Positions 10,128-19,971 of a DNA stretch of 64,000 bases are shown here, piece after piece. Origin of the DNA: an uncultured Sangeribacter sp. Lineage in GTDB: Bacteria > Bacteroidota > Bacteroidia > Bacteroidales > Muribaculaceae. The stretch spans positions 4,776 to 68,775 of the forward strand of contig CAYNPB010000001.1 of NCBI GenBank assembly GCA_964399005.1, read 5' to 3'. A program made the position numbers and the translations under genes. Below the pieces are notes generated by a model. It saw only the letters and a list, made by a program, of their open reading frames with translations, was not told where the DNA came from and searched no databases. The first letter of the stretch is position 1. Each line of letters begins with the position of its first letter.

Positions 10128-11312
10128 ATGAACAAAAGATATTGCATCGCATTGATGCCGGCAGTCTTAGCGACTGCCGGCGCATTCGCCATAACTCCAC
10201 AAGAAGCCGCCAAAGCTATTCTGAGCAGAAACGGCGACCGACTTCAAATCGCAATAGAGCAAAACGCAAAAGACCTTGAGACCAAAACAATTGCCAATGC
10301 CCCGGATCCGAGTATAGAAGGAGACTATATGGTGATGCCTGAAGGTGTTGACAACAGGTGGAATGTAGGAATAGGATACGAAATGGAATGGCCCGGAGTA
10401 TATAAATCTCGTCGTGACTTAGGGAAAGCGATGCGTGAGGCCAACGCAGCAGAAGCAGATGCAGGAGTATATGCAAAGTATATCGAGATCTTGAAAGAGA
10501 TCGGCACATATCTCTATGCTGAGCGTAGAATTGAAATGATGAGGCATATACAGTCGGCCACAGATTCTCTTCATGCAGCATCAGTAAGAGCCAACAAAGG
10601 GGGACAGATGTCACGTCTTGACTTATCAAAGATAACTCTCGAACAGGGACGTGTCAACACACTTATAGCTAATCTTGAGGCTGAAAAGAATGGCAGTGAA
10701 GGCAATCTTAAGACTCTCAACGGAGGCTATGACTGCACTGCCTTACTCAATAACATAGACCGCACATGGGAGATGACTCCCACGCATTCTCTTGAACAAT
10801 ACTTAGAGGAGGCAAGGACAAATCCTGATTTGAAAAAAGCCATCGCTGACCTGGAAGTGGCAGAGAGGAATATCGGAGTAGCTAAAGCAGAGGGACTTCC
10901 TAATCTCTCCATAGGGTATCACCATGATTTTGAGGATGCCATGCATTTCAATGGAGCCACTCTTGGAGTTTCGATACCCCTATTTGCCAACAGAGGAAAA
11001 GTAAAAGCTGCCAAAGCTGCTAAAGCTGTGGCGGAATATCAGGTCAATGTCACTACTGATAAGGTGGAATCAGAAATCACGGCCCTTTATGAGGAAGTGC
11101 AACTTATCGACCAGGCCCTCAAAGTGCCTTTGGAAGTGTTCGGCACCACTGACTACAATACTCTTCTATTAAAAGCATATCGTGGAGGAGAGCTATCGCT
11201 GACAGATTATCTACAGGAACGATCATGGTTTAGCGAAGCGCATCTTGATCTTCTGGAGCTTCAATATCAGCGTGAACAGAGGATGTGGCTTCTATCGCTA
11301 CTTTGCCAATAA
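10128..11312 (+). CDS. TolC-family outer membrane efflux protein (CzcC-like)
   Basis: Signal peptide, helical repeats, GVSIPLF motif, last gene of the RND operon. Confidence 0.85.
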   Translation: MNKRYCIALMPAVLATAGAFAITPQEAAKAILSRNGDRLQIAIEQNAKDLETKTIANAPDPSIEGDYMVMPEGVDNRWNVGIGYEMEWPGVYKSRRDLGKAMREANAAEADAGVYAKYIEILKEIGTYLYAERRIEMMRHIQSATDSLHAASVRANKGGQMSRLDLSKITLEQGRVNTLIANLEAEKNGSEGNLKTLNGGYDCTALLNNIDRTWEMTPTHSLEQYLEEARTNPDLKKAIADLEVAERNIGVAKAEGLPNLSIGYHHDFEDAMHFNGATLGVSIPLFANRGKVKAAKAAKAVAEYQVNVTTDKVESEITALYEEVQLIDQALKVPLEVFGTTDYNTLLLKAYRGGELSLTDYLQERSWFSEAHLDLLELQYQREQRMWLLSLLCQ

Positions 11313-11328
11313 TCCAGCCGGGGCTGAA

Positions 11329-12738
11329 TCAAGTTCTATCTTTAAAGTAATTATAAGCAGACTGCACCTTCTTGACGAAGTTGACAGTCTCTTTTCCTCG
11401 GAAATATCCGTTTTTTACGACAGGATCGCGATAATAAGCCGGTTTTGACTTCATAATAGCCGCTTGCTCTACATTGTCATTCCAAGTCTGTGCGTTGAGT
11501 CCATATTTCTCTGCGAGAGCAATAGCATCCATTATATGTCCCGGACCGGAATTATAAGAGGCCAGGATAAAGTTTTCACGTTCTGTAGGATCCTTTATCT
11601 TCTTTGCAAACATTGCATCCAAGTCAGTAAGAGTCTTTACAGCCACGTCGACACATTTGGCAGGATTCGTCATTTCTTCCGGGCTATAACCTTGAGAGCG
11701 GGCTGTACGAGGCATTACCTGCATAAGCCCTATAGCTCCCGCCCAACTCTTGACGTCAGCTTTAAAATGAGACTCAACGTAAGCCACCGCAGCAATCAGG
11801 CGCCAATCAAGTCCTGATTTGGAAGCAGCCGCTTTGAAAATATTGTCGTAGGGTGAAATATGTCCATTGGCAAATGTCATGGACTTAATATCCTCAAAGC
11901 CATCCGGCAGAGCATCAAAATACTCAAGTTTTGACAATCTGTAGTATTTACTGTAGACTTCAGTAATATTATCCTTTTCATCGGCAAACCATTTATCGAG
12001 CGCCTTAGCCATACCTTGCGATTTGAGAGCAACAGCCCATCGAGAATATTGATCGAGACTTATTTTGACAGATATATCAAGACCGGGATAATAGGAGAGA
12101 GCAGCTTCTGCTACGTCGGAATCAACTACAGTAAGTGGAATCTCACCTTTCCATACCATGTTGAGCAGATCATCGTCGCTTATAGTGTCTTTTGAAATCG
12201 GAGCCAACATTATTCCTCCTCCAATTTCTTCGTTAAGATTCTGCATCCTATAGAAATACTTGGAGTCACTTTGCACCGTCACCACTCTCCCTATCAGATC
12301 TGTCACATCAGTCACAATCGAATCTTTTGGAGAATCCGACTTCTGAACGAGTACCTGACTGCTGACATTTCTTGGTCCACAAAGCAATGCGCGATCTTGA
12401 AACTCAGCCGTAACGGGCACAGGGCTTGCCACTATGTCGATCTTGCCTGAATCCAACCATTCGATCATCTCTGATATGGTGCCTCCGACCACTACTTTAA
12501 ACTCAAGACCATAGAATTTTGAGAATCTTTCCATCAATTCATAATCATAACCCATCGGGGTGCCTCGATAGTCAAAATAAGTGGTAGGGGAGTTGATCAT
12601 ACCCACCCTCAAAGTATCCGGCAGTTCGATATGCATGCCATCAAGATCAATATGCTGATGTTTGTTTCTGCCGCATTGACATAAGGCTACAGATATGAAT
12701 ACCAATAATAGGCAGTATGAAGATTGGGTTATTTTCAT
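11329..12738 (-). CDS. mltF: Lytic transglycosylase MltF-like (SBP_bac_3 plus SLT domain)
   Basis: GYDYEL binding-protein domain; VESHF, GAIGLMQVMP, ASYNSGPGH and ETVNFV SLT motifs. Confidence 0.85.
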   Translation of the reverse strand: MKITQSSYCLLLVFISVALCQCGRNKHQHIDLDGMHIELPDTLRVGMINSPTTYFDYRGTPMGYDYELMERFSKFYGLEFKVVVGGTISEMIEWLDSGKIDIVASPVPVTAEFQDRALLCGPRNVSSQVLVQKSDSPKDSIVTDVTDLIGRVVTVQSDSKYFYRMQNLNEEIGGGIMLAPISKDTISDDDLLNMVWKGEIPLTVVDSDVAEAALSYYPGLDISVKISLDQYSRWAVALKSQGMAKALDKWFADEKDNITEVYSKYYRLSKLEYFDALPDGFEDIKSMTFANGHISPYDNIFKAAASKSGLDWRLIAAVAYVESHFKADVKSWAGAIGLMQVMPRTARSQGYSPEEMTNPAKCVDVAVKTLTDLDAMFAKKIKDPTERENFILASYNSGPGHIMDAIALAEKYGLNAQTWNDNVEQAAIMKSKPAYYRDPVVKNGYFRGKETVNFVKKVQSAYNYFKDRT

Positions 12739-12860
12739 GATATTTCATTTTATAACCCCAAAGTTAATTTAAATCTTTTTGATTTGCAATATTAACAGGT
12801 AATTTTTGCAGATAAGATGAATAATCTTTGAACTCTACTGCAAAAATGAGGGGGGCAACA

Positions 12861-14108
12861 TTATTTTTTGGGGGCTTGGAAAGAACTGGAATAGCCGTCA
12901 TTGTGGCCGGGATGCCCCTGTGTGATCTGAGATGCAAGCTTTAACACCGGCATTCCGGGACCAAGGTTGATATTGTCAATGGCCCGCATAAGATGGGAGC
13001 GTGCGGATTTCTCCCTGATTGATTCCCGGGAATCAAAAAGGGAAGGGACAATTGACTTTGCGGGAACGATTTCTCCCAGCCATACTCCGGCTCTTTTAAA
13101 AGGTATGTCCGGGATAAAGATTCTATCGAGAATCGAGATAGCTGCATTGCATATGATGACAGTGTCGCTTGTGGGGCTATCGAATCTCATGGAGCCTTGT
13201 GGAGCTGCATTCCCTCGTTCGACATGAAATCTATTTGTCTGCAGCATCACACCAAGAATCTTACATTCCCCTCCCATAGCCCGAAGTTTCTTACTGCAGT
13301 CAGCGGCATATATGGCAATTCTTGCGCGGATATAGTCGTAGTCGTCGACATCTACTGGAAATGTACGGCTCTCACTTACAGAATCTTGTAGAAGATTCTG
13401 CACATGACTAAGCTCTATGCAATGCTCACCATGGAGTTCGCGCCATGACCTCTCTCCATTGACACCAAGAGTAGAACGAATCCAACTTAATTCTTTGTCA
13501 GCAAAATCGGCAATGGTGTATATACCGGAAGAATAAAGACGCTTGGAAAGTCTTCGTCCAATACCCCAAAGATCGGAAATCGACATTTTCTGCATCACTG
13601 GGCGAGCGAGCTCAGCCTTAAGAAGCACACCGACACGCTTACCTCTCTTCTTGCAGCTTTCCGACACTATCTTAGCAAGAGTCTTACTTGGAGCAAAGCC
13701 GATAGTGACAGGTATATGAAGTTCATCCCAACAATTTGCGGCGATAGCCTCACCTATGGCTTTAAGATGAGAGTCCGGTATGCCATCCATAATAAGAAAA
13801 GCTTCGTCGACACTATAGTCAAGAGTCAACGGGGCATATCTTCGGAAAATATCGTGAACTTTAAGACTAATCTCACGATATAAAAGGTGGTTGCCACTCA
13901 AAGCAATAATTTCCCCACTCTGAATACGATCCTTAATCTGGAAAGCGGGTTGCCCCATCTTGATTCCGGCTTTTTTGGCCTCGTTGCTACGCGCAACGAC
14001 GCAACCATCGTTGTTGCTAAGCACCACGACAGCCCGATTTTCAAGAGCAGGATTCAAAGTCCGCTCACAACTGACAAAGAAATTATTGCAATCTGCGAGT
14101 CCTACCAT
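12861..14108 (-). CDS. Y-family DNA polymerase (UmuC-like)
   Basis: DCNNFFVSCE, VLSNNDGCVVARS, YSVDEAF catalytic motifs, WGIGRR. Confidence 0.9.
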   Translation of the reverse strand: MVGLADCNNFFVSCERTLNPALENRAVVVLSNNDGCVVARSNEAKKAGIKMGQPAFQIKDRIQSGEIIALSGNHLLYREISLKVHDIFRRYAPLTLDYSVDEAFLIMDGIPDSHLKAIGEAIAANCWDELHIPVTIGFAPSKTLAKIVSESCKKRGKRVGVLLKAELARPVMQKMSISDLWGIGRRLSKRLYSSGIYTIADFADKELSWIRSTLGVNGERSWRELHGEHCIELSHVQNLLQDSVSESRTFPVDVDDYDYIRARIAIYAADCSKKLRAMGGECKILGVMLQTNRFHVERGNAAPQGSMRFDSPTSDTVIICNAAISILDRIFIPDIPFKRAGVWLGEIVPAKSIVPSLFDSRESIREKSARSHLMRAIDNINLGPGMPVLKLASQITQGHPGHNDGYSSSFQAPKK

Positions 14109-14133
14109 CGGTCATTGGATTGGTTAATTAAAA

Positions 14134-16047
14134 CTACTCGGCATATTCAGAAAGTCGATAGATGGAGTGATCTTCAATGGCGTATCCTTCTTCCACAAGA
14201 TATCGGAGAGCATCGCCAGCCAATCTGTCGTCGGGCGTGAAATTGCTTTCAAGGATGGTCTGAGTGATTCCGGAAGGAAACATCTGCATATATTTCCACA
14301 CTTTCTGAATCATCTCTTCTTTTGAAACATGAGACTGACTTTTCCTTTTTCCTCGGCACACATCGCATTTTCCACAATCGCATGAATCCTCCTCCCCGAA
14401 ATATTCAAGCATCCTGCTGACACGGCATCCGGAGTCATTATACGCATAGTCAATCATCGCCTCAATTCGAGCCGACATCACTTCAAACCTGTCTTCATAA
14501 ATCTTCTTTCCAATATTGACATATCTGCTTTCCTCTCTTGAAGTGGGAACAAACATGAACGGAGTGCGTCTTCTCGGCACATAGGAAAGAATCTTCAGGC
14601 GATTGAGTTCGAGAAGAGAATTATATACAGATTCACTGTCAAGACCTGTCTCTCGACTGATGGTGCCTTCATTTATCAGCACATAATCGGAGAAAAGGCC
14701 AGGATACTGACGCAGCACGCATTGTAGCGTACGATCAGCCGATTGAGAAGATCTTATATGATATAGCTCTTCACGATCAACGGTAATCATCACTCTCGAG
14801 CTGCTTTCAGTCTCTTCAATGTAGTCAAGATAGCCGGCTTGGGAAAGGAGATGAAAAGCTGCCATCACCTGCTGACGCTGAAGATGGAAAGTCTCACAAA
14901 AAAGTTCGAAGTCAAACTCAATCAGGCGTTCATATCCTTCTCCGATTGCAAGATTCATGAAATTGCATGCACGTTCATAGATGCTTCTGATGATTTCTCG
15001 CTCAGGGAAAGATAGTTTAAGTTTGCGTCTTAGCGTAGCCTTATCATTTTTCGAGACAAGCAGCACGGCATACGACTTCTTCTTGTCTCTTCCGGCGCGA
15101 CCAGCCTCCTGATAGTATTCTTCAAGAGATGGAGGAAAGTCGGCATGCACCACAATCCTTACATCGGGCTTGTCGATACCCATTCCGAAAGCATTAGTGG
15201 CTACCATCACTCTCACAGCTCCTGTCTGCCATGCATTTTGCCGCTCTACTTTTGTCTCATAAGTAAGGCCGGCATGATAATAATCGGCAGAAATGCCGGA
15301 TGCAGAAAGAAACTCAGCTATTTCTTTTGTCTTACGACGGCTACGGACATAGACTATGCCACAACCTTCGGTGCGGGAGAGGATATGGAAAATATCGTAG
15401 AATTTATTTTCCGACAATCTGACAAGATAAGATATGTTGTCGCGCGAAAAACTCATCTTGAATTTCTTACCGTCTGCCTTAAATGCGAGCTGATGCATGA
15501 TATCGTCTGCTACGAGCGGGGTAGCAGTCGCAGTAAGCGCAAGCACGGGTGCATTTGGGTGCACTTTTCTTAGCTCGCCAATCTTAAGATAGGAAGGGCG
15601 GAAATCATAACCCCATTGAGAGATGCAATGAGCCTCATCCACTACAATCAGACGCACGGGAAGTTTGCGCAATTCATCAAGAAAGTAAGCGTTTCTTAAT
15701 TTTTCCGGAGAGACGTAGAGAAATCTCGCCCTGCCATTACAAAGACGCTCCCATGCCAACCGCGTTTCCCGCGTAGTCATGCCGCTATTGAGCATCACGG
15801 CAGTTATACCCCGACGTTTAAGATTATCAACCTGGTCTTTCATTAGGGAGATGAGTGGAGTGACCACTATGGTGAGACCGGAATCAAATGCCATTCCCGG
15901 CACTTGAAATGTGAGTGATTTTCCACCTCCTGTAGGCATAAGGCCGAGAGTATCATGACCCGACATCACGCTTTCGATGATGTCGCGCTGCAACGGACGG
16001 AAGGTATCATACCCCCAATATTTCTTCAGAATAGATTGTAGCTTCAT
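14134..16047 (-). CDS. recQ: ATP-dependent DNA helicase RecQ family
   Basis: MPTGGGKS, VDEAHCISQWGYDFRP, ATNAFGMGIDKPDVR, QEAGRAGRD, Zn-binding CGKCDVC. Confidence 0.92.
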   Translation of the reverse strand: MKLQSILKKYWGYDTFRPLQRDIIESVMSGHDTLGLMPTGGGKSLTFQVPGMAFDSGLTIVVTPLISLMKDQVDNLKRRGITAVMLNSGMTTRETRLAWERLCNGRARFLYVSPEKLRNAYFLDELRKLPVRLIVVDEAHCISQWGYDFRPSYLKIGELRKVHPNAPVLALTATATPLVADDIMHQLAFKADGKKFKMSFSRDNISYLVRLSENKFYDIFHILSRTEGCGIVYVRSRRKTKEIAEFLSASGISADYYHAGLTYETKVERQNAWQTGAVRVMVATNAFGMGIDKPDVRIVVHADFPPSLEEYYQEAGRAGRDKKKSYAVLLVSKNDKATLRRKLKLSFPEREIIRSIYERACNFMNLAIGEGYERLIEFDFELFCETFHLQRQQVMAAFHLLSQAGYLDYIEETESSSRVMITVDREELYHIRSSQSADRTLQCVLRQYPGLFSDYVLINEGTISRETGLDSESVYNSLLELNRLKILSYVPRRRTPFMFVPTSREESRYVNIGKKIYEDRFEVMSARIEAMIDYAYNDSGCRVSRMLEYFGEEDSCDCGKCDVCRGKRKSQSHVSKEEMIQKVWKYMQMFPSGITQTILESNFTPDDRLAGDALRYLVEEGYAIEDHSIYRLSEYAE

Positions 16048-16063
16048 TTACGAAACCCCTGTC

Positions 16064-17803
16064 TCAGTCTTGCTCGGATTTAGAGATACGGATATCCTTG
16101 ATCATGAGTTGGATTGACTCCGAATGATGATGTTTGTTCTGCTCAATAGTATAGCATATATCTATCGGCTTATGCGCGTGTATATGCTCAAAATAAGGAG
16201 CCATATTAAAAGCGATGGCTGAAATCACTCGGCTTGTGCTGTCGTCTTCGAGCTCCAGCTTTATATGCTCGAGATTTTTACCGACAAGTTTGGATGTGCC
16301 GAAATCGAATACATTGCGTGTGCGGAAAACCGGTTTTTGATTACCGGGACCAAATGGATTGAACTTCTTTAGCCAAGTAGTAAGCTCCGGTGTAATGTCG
16401 GCAAATGAAATATCGGCATCAATGTCTAATTGAGGACAAAGTTGGTTGGGCTGTATGTGCTTGGCGACGTATTCTTCAAACAGCTTACTAAATTCCGGAA
16501 TATTCTCCTCCTTAAGGGAAAGGCCTACTGCATATGTATGGCCACCGAAATTCTCAAGCAGATGCCTTGTAGAATTAACTGCGGAATAGATGTCGAATCC
16601 TTGCACCGAACGGCTACTTCCGGTAGCCATCCCGTTGGCATATGTAAGCACTACCGAGGGCTTGTAGTAAAGCTCGGTGAGTCGAGAAGCCACAATGCCA
16701 ATGATACCCTTATGCCAATTCTTATTATAGATCACGATGGAACGCTTACCATGCACGATGTTGACGTTGTTTTCAATCAACTCATTTGCCTCATCCGTGA
16801 TCTTCTTATCAAGTTCCTTTCGGTCTTTATTATACTGGTCGATCTCAGCGCCACGCTGATAGGCATCATGCAGATCGCGAGTGACGAGAAGGCCAACAGC
16901 CTCCATGCCACTCTGCATACGCCCGGAGGCATTGATTCTTGGACCAATTTTAAAGATAACGTCAGAAATGGTGATATCTTTATTGGTGAGCTTGCAAAGA
17001 CGAATGATGCTTCGCAGTCCAAGATTTGGATTGGAGTTCAGTCGGCGAAGCCCATGATAAGCCATAATACGGTTTTCTCCTACGATCGGCACAATATCGG
17101 CGGCAATGCTGACAGCCACAAGGTCGAGGAGTGAATCCAATTCATTATGATTGCCCAGACCATTGCTCTTTGCGAAACCCTGCATAAATTTGAACCCTAC
17201 GCCACATCCACTGAGATGAGGACAAGGATAGGGAGAGCCGGGCATCTTAGGATTCAGGATCGCAACAGCTGGAGGAAGCTCCTCATCCGGCACATGATGA
17301 TCGCATATGATGAAGTCTATACCGAGTTGCTTTGCATAAGCTATTTCATCAATAGCCTTTATACCACAGTCAAGCACCACTACCAGCTTGACATCATTTT
17401 CTGCGGCATATTCGATGCTCTTGCGAGATATGCCATAACCTTCCTCATAGCGAGTAGGTATATAATATTCAATATTGCTGTAGTAGTTCTGAAGATACTT
17501 ATAGACAAGGGCAACTGCAGTGGTGCCATCCACATCATAATCGCCATAGATCATGATTCTCTCCTTAGCACCCATAGCACGGTTAAGACGATTGACGGCT
17601 TTGTCCATGTCGGGCATCAGGAAAGGATCGTGCAAGTCATCAAGAGAAGGAGAGAAGAAGCCGTTGGCTTCTTCAGGAGTATTGACACCACGACGCATAA
17701 GGAGCTCCGCCACGGGAGCCAAGCCTCCGCAGACGGGAAGAAGAGAATCGGCTTTCTCTTGCTCCTGACGGGTAAGTGGTTGATAATTCCAGTTATTGAT
17801 CAT
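16064..17803 (-). CDS. recJ: Single-stranded-DNA-specific exonuclease RecJ
   Basis: YGDYDVDG, DHH, PRINASGR, GGHTYAVG, PFGPGN motifs; ATG at 17803 preferred over the ORF-track start. Confidence 0.95.
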   Translation of the reverse strand: MINNWNYQPLTRQEQEKADSLLPVCGGLAPVAELLMRRGVNTPEEANGFFSPSLDDLHDPFLMPDMDKAVNRLNRAMGAKERIMIYGDYDVDGTTAVALVYKYLQNYYSNIEYYIPTRYEEGYGISRKSIEYAAENDVKLVVVLDCGIKAIDEIAYAKQLGIDFIICDHHVPDEELPPAVAILNPKMPGSPYPCPHLSGCGVGFKFMQGFAKSNGLGNHNELDSLLDLVAVSIAADIVPIVGENRIMAYHGLRRLNSNPNLGLRSIIRLCKLTNKDITISDVIFKIGPRINASGRMQSGMEAVGLLVTRDLHDAYQRGAEIDQYNKDRKELDKKITDEANELIENNVNIVHGKRSIVIYNKNWHKGIIGIVASRLTELYYKPSVVLTYANGMATGSSRSVQGFDIYSAVNSTRHLLENFGGHTYAVGLSLKEENIPEFSKLFEEYVAKHIQPNQLCPQLDIDADISFADITPELTTWLKKFNPFGPGNQKPVFRTRNVFDFGTSKLVGKNLEHIKLELEDDSTSRVISAIAFNMAPYFEHIHAHKPIDICYTIEQNKHHHSESIQLMIKDIRISKSEQD

Positions 17804-17943
17804 GGTGTCATAGTTTTTAAGGGCAGAGGGCAAATGCCACATTCTGTCTCATATTGCAAAATTAATCAAAAAATATCAAATTCACAATAGTGTTTTAACA
17901 GATTTGCCCCCTTCTGGAGTTTCTTTATTCTTTTTTAACAAAA

Positions 17944-17978
17944 GAAAGTCCTTCTCCATGCAACCGGAGAAGGACCTT
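17944..17978 (-). terminator. Rho-independent terminator downstream of ABC permease
   Basis: GTCCTTCTCC/GGAGAAGGAC 10-bp stem with A/T runs on both sides. Confidence 0.75.
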
Positions 17979-17997
17979 TTCAGATGGGAAAAATTGT

Positions 17998-18915
17998 TTA
18001 TTTAGCCTTGATAAAAGCAATTATAGCCTTAGGAGTGAGAGAAGCCCCCCTCAGGAGCATGGAAGAAGCATAGATCTTACCGCCTAAGATTATCGCGCCA
18101 TATGCACAAACATAAAGCACAACCAACGACAGGATGCTATTCCAAACCGGAACTTCTCCGGTGATGGCATTGACAGCTCCGACAGTAGGGGAGGTAAGCG
18201 GGAAATAAGCACATACCTGAGCCATTACTGACATAGGATGATCTACAGCATACATGCCGATATACATTGAGGCAAGCACAAACATCATCAGAATGGTCAT
18301 GTATTGCTGATTTTCATTGTTGCTGTCGGTCAGAGCACCACACGCAGCAAAGAGAGAGCTGAACATCATGAAGCCTCCGGCAAAATACAGGAGCGACCAT
18401 GTGATGGTTTTCCAAACGAGAGGATGCAGCAGATAGCCCCAAGGGATTGACACGTCGAGAACAATAACGAATCCGATGCCAAAGAGCACGAAACATGCTC
18501 CCCAAAGAAGAAGTTGGGTCAATCCGATGAGAGCCACACTAATGATCTTTGCTGTAAGCATTGTCCTGCCGGGGACGCAAGTGGCAAGAAACTCCATTAT
18601 ACGGTTGGTCTTCTCCTGACGCACCATTTGCATAATCTGACCTCCGCAGACCATCATTGCCATAGTAAGAAGCACACCGGTCAACATAGCGACAGCCTTG
18701 GCTGCCGTCATGCTATCCTCTTCCGGAGTCAAGCCGGTCTTGTCGTTGATAGAGTCCATCACCGACATGTATGATGAGGAATCACTCATCACGAATCCCA
18801 TCACGACTCCGAATCCAACCATAAGAAGCGGAACGACAAAAGTCATGATCCAAAAAGACTTGCTTCCTACAGCAGTCTTATATTCATTTAGTATTATGAG
18901 TCTTAACTTATTCAT
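17998..18915 (-). CDS. ABC-2 type permease (NatB-like, short)
   Basis: EKTNRIME motif, several TM segments, FPLTSP; overlaps the end of the upstream ATPase gene. Confidence 0.8.
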   Translation of the reverse strand: MNKLRLIILNEYKTAVGSKSFWIMTFVVPLLMVGFGVVMGFVMSDSSSYMSVMDSINDKTGLTPEEDSMTAAKAVAMLTGVLLTMAMMVCGGQIMQMVRQEKTNRIMEFLATCVPGRTMLTAKIISVALIGLTQLLLWGACFVLFGIGFVIVLDVSIPWGYLLHPLVWKTITWSLLYFAGGFMMFSSLFAACGALTDSNNENQQYMTILMMFVLASMYIGMYAVDHPMSVMAQVCAYFPLTSPTVGAVNAITGEVPVWNSILSLVVLYVCAYGAIILGGKIYASSMLLRGASLTPKAIIAFIKAK

Positions 18916-19907
18916 AGAGCTGTATTTTCTTGCGAATTAGAATTGGAGATATTTGCTCCGGGTGCCGGATTGGGAGTCGGGGCATTGGCATGAGAAGTAT
19001 ATGAGATAAAAATATCCTTTAGAGAGGGGAGAGCCTCTTCAAAATGCAATATCTGGCTTTGCATAGCCACAGCATCAAGCACGTCATTGTTGGTAGAGGA
19101 AAGATTCCTTCTCAACCGATAAGCATACCCACGACGCCAGTTGAGATTATCGACCTTTTCGATCTCTGTGACAGCTCCTCCGGCAAGCAGCAGGGGACAA
19201 GAAAGTTCGGTGGAAGTAGTCAGAAGGATTGAATTATCCTTGTGCTTCTCTTTGACGTTGGTCATGGAATCAGCCACGAGCAGATGACCATGGTCGACAA
19301 GAACGATGTCGCTACACATTTCCTCAATAGCCGGCATATTGTGGGAACTCAGTATTATGGTAGAACCTTTCTCACGGAGACGCTCGAGGATCTGCTGAAG
19401 GATCTGACCATTCAGAGGGTCAAAACCACTAAATGGCTCATCAAGGATCACAAGTTTAGGCTCATGGACAAGAGTGCATATAATCTGCACTTTCTGCTGA
19501 TTACCCTTGGAAAGCTCCTTGAGGCGGCGGCGTTCTTGACCTTTGAGATTGAACATCTCGAGATATTCATTCATCACAACGCGAAGACGCTTGGGATCGC
19601 CACCTTTGAGCTGACCGAAATACATGATCTGGTCAGACATTCTCATTGTGTCGTAAAGACCTCGCTCTTCAGGCATATATCCAATATTGCGGGATGCTTC
19701 TATCGAGGCATCTTCACCCAGAATCTTGACGCTTCCGGAGTCGATCGTCATAATGCCATTGATAATACGCAGCAAAGTAGTCTTTCCTGCACCATTAGGA
19801 CCGAGGATGCCGCAAATGGAACCCTCGCGTATTCCAAAACTGACATTGTCGAGTGCTTTCAGCGATCCGAAACATTTTGTCAGGTTGTCAACTTCAAGAA
19901 TATTCAT
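18912..19907 (-). CDS. ABC transporter ATP-binding protein (NatA-like)
   Basis: GPNGAGKTT, LSKGNQQK, ILDEPFSG, SSH. Confidence 0.92.
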   Translation of the reverse strand: MNILEVDNLTKCFGSLKALDNVSFGIREGSICGILGPNGAGKTTLLRIINGIMTIDSGSVKILGEDASIEASRNIGYMPEERGLYDTMRMSDQIMYFGQLKGGDPKRLRVVMNEYLEMFNLKGQERRRLKELSKGNQQKVQIICTLVHEPKLVILDEPFSGFDPLNGQILQQILERLREKGSTIILSSHNMPAIEEMCSDIVLVDHGHLLVADSMTNVKEKHKDNSILLTTSTELSCPLLLAGGAVTEIEKVDNLNWRRGYAYRLRRNLSSTNNDVLDAVAMQSQILHFEEALPSLKDIFISYTSHANAPTPNPAPGANISNSNSQENTAL

Positions 19908-19971
19908 CGTATGTAAAATAAAACACTTTTATTTCTTTAGACGCATGAAAGTCTGAAAACTTACATAATAC

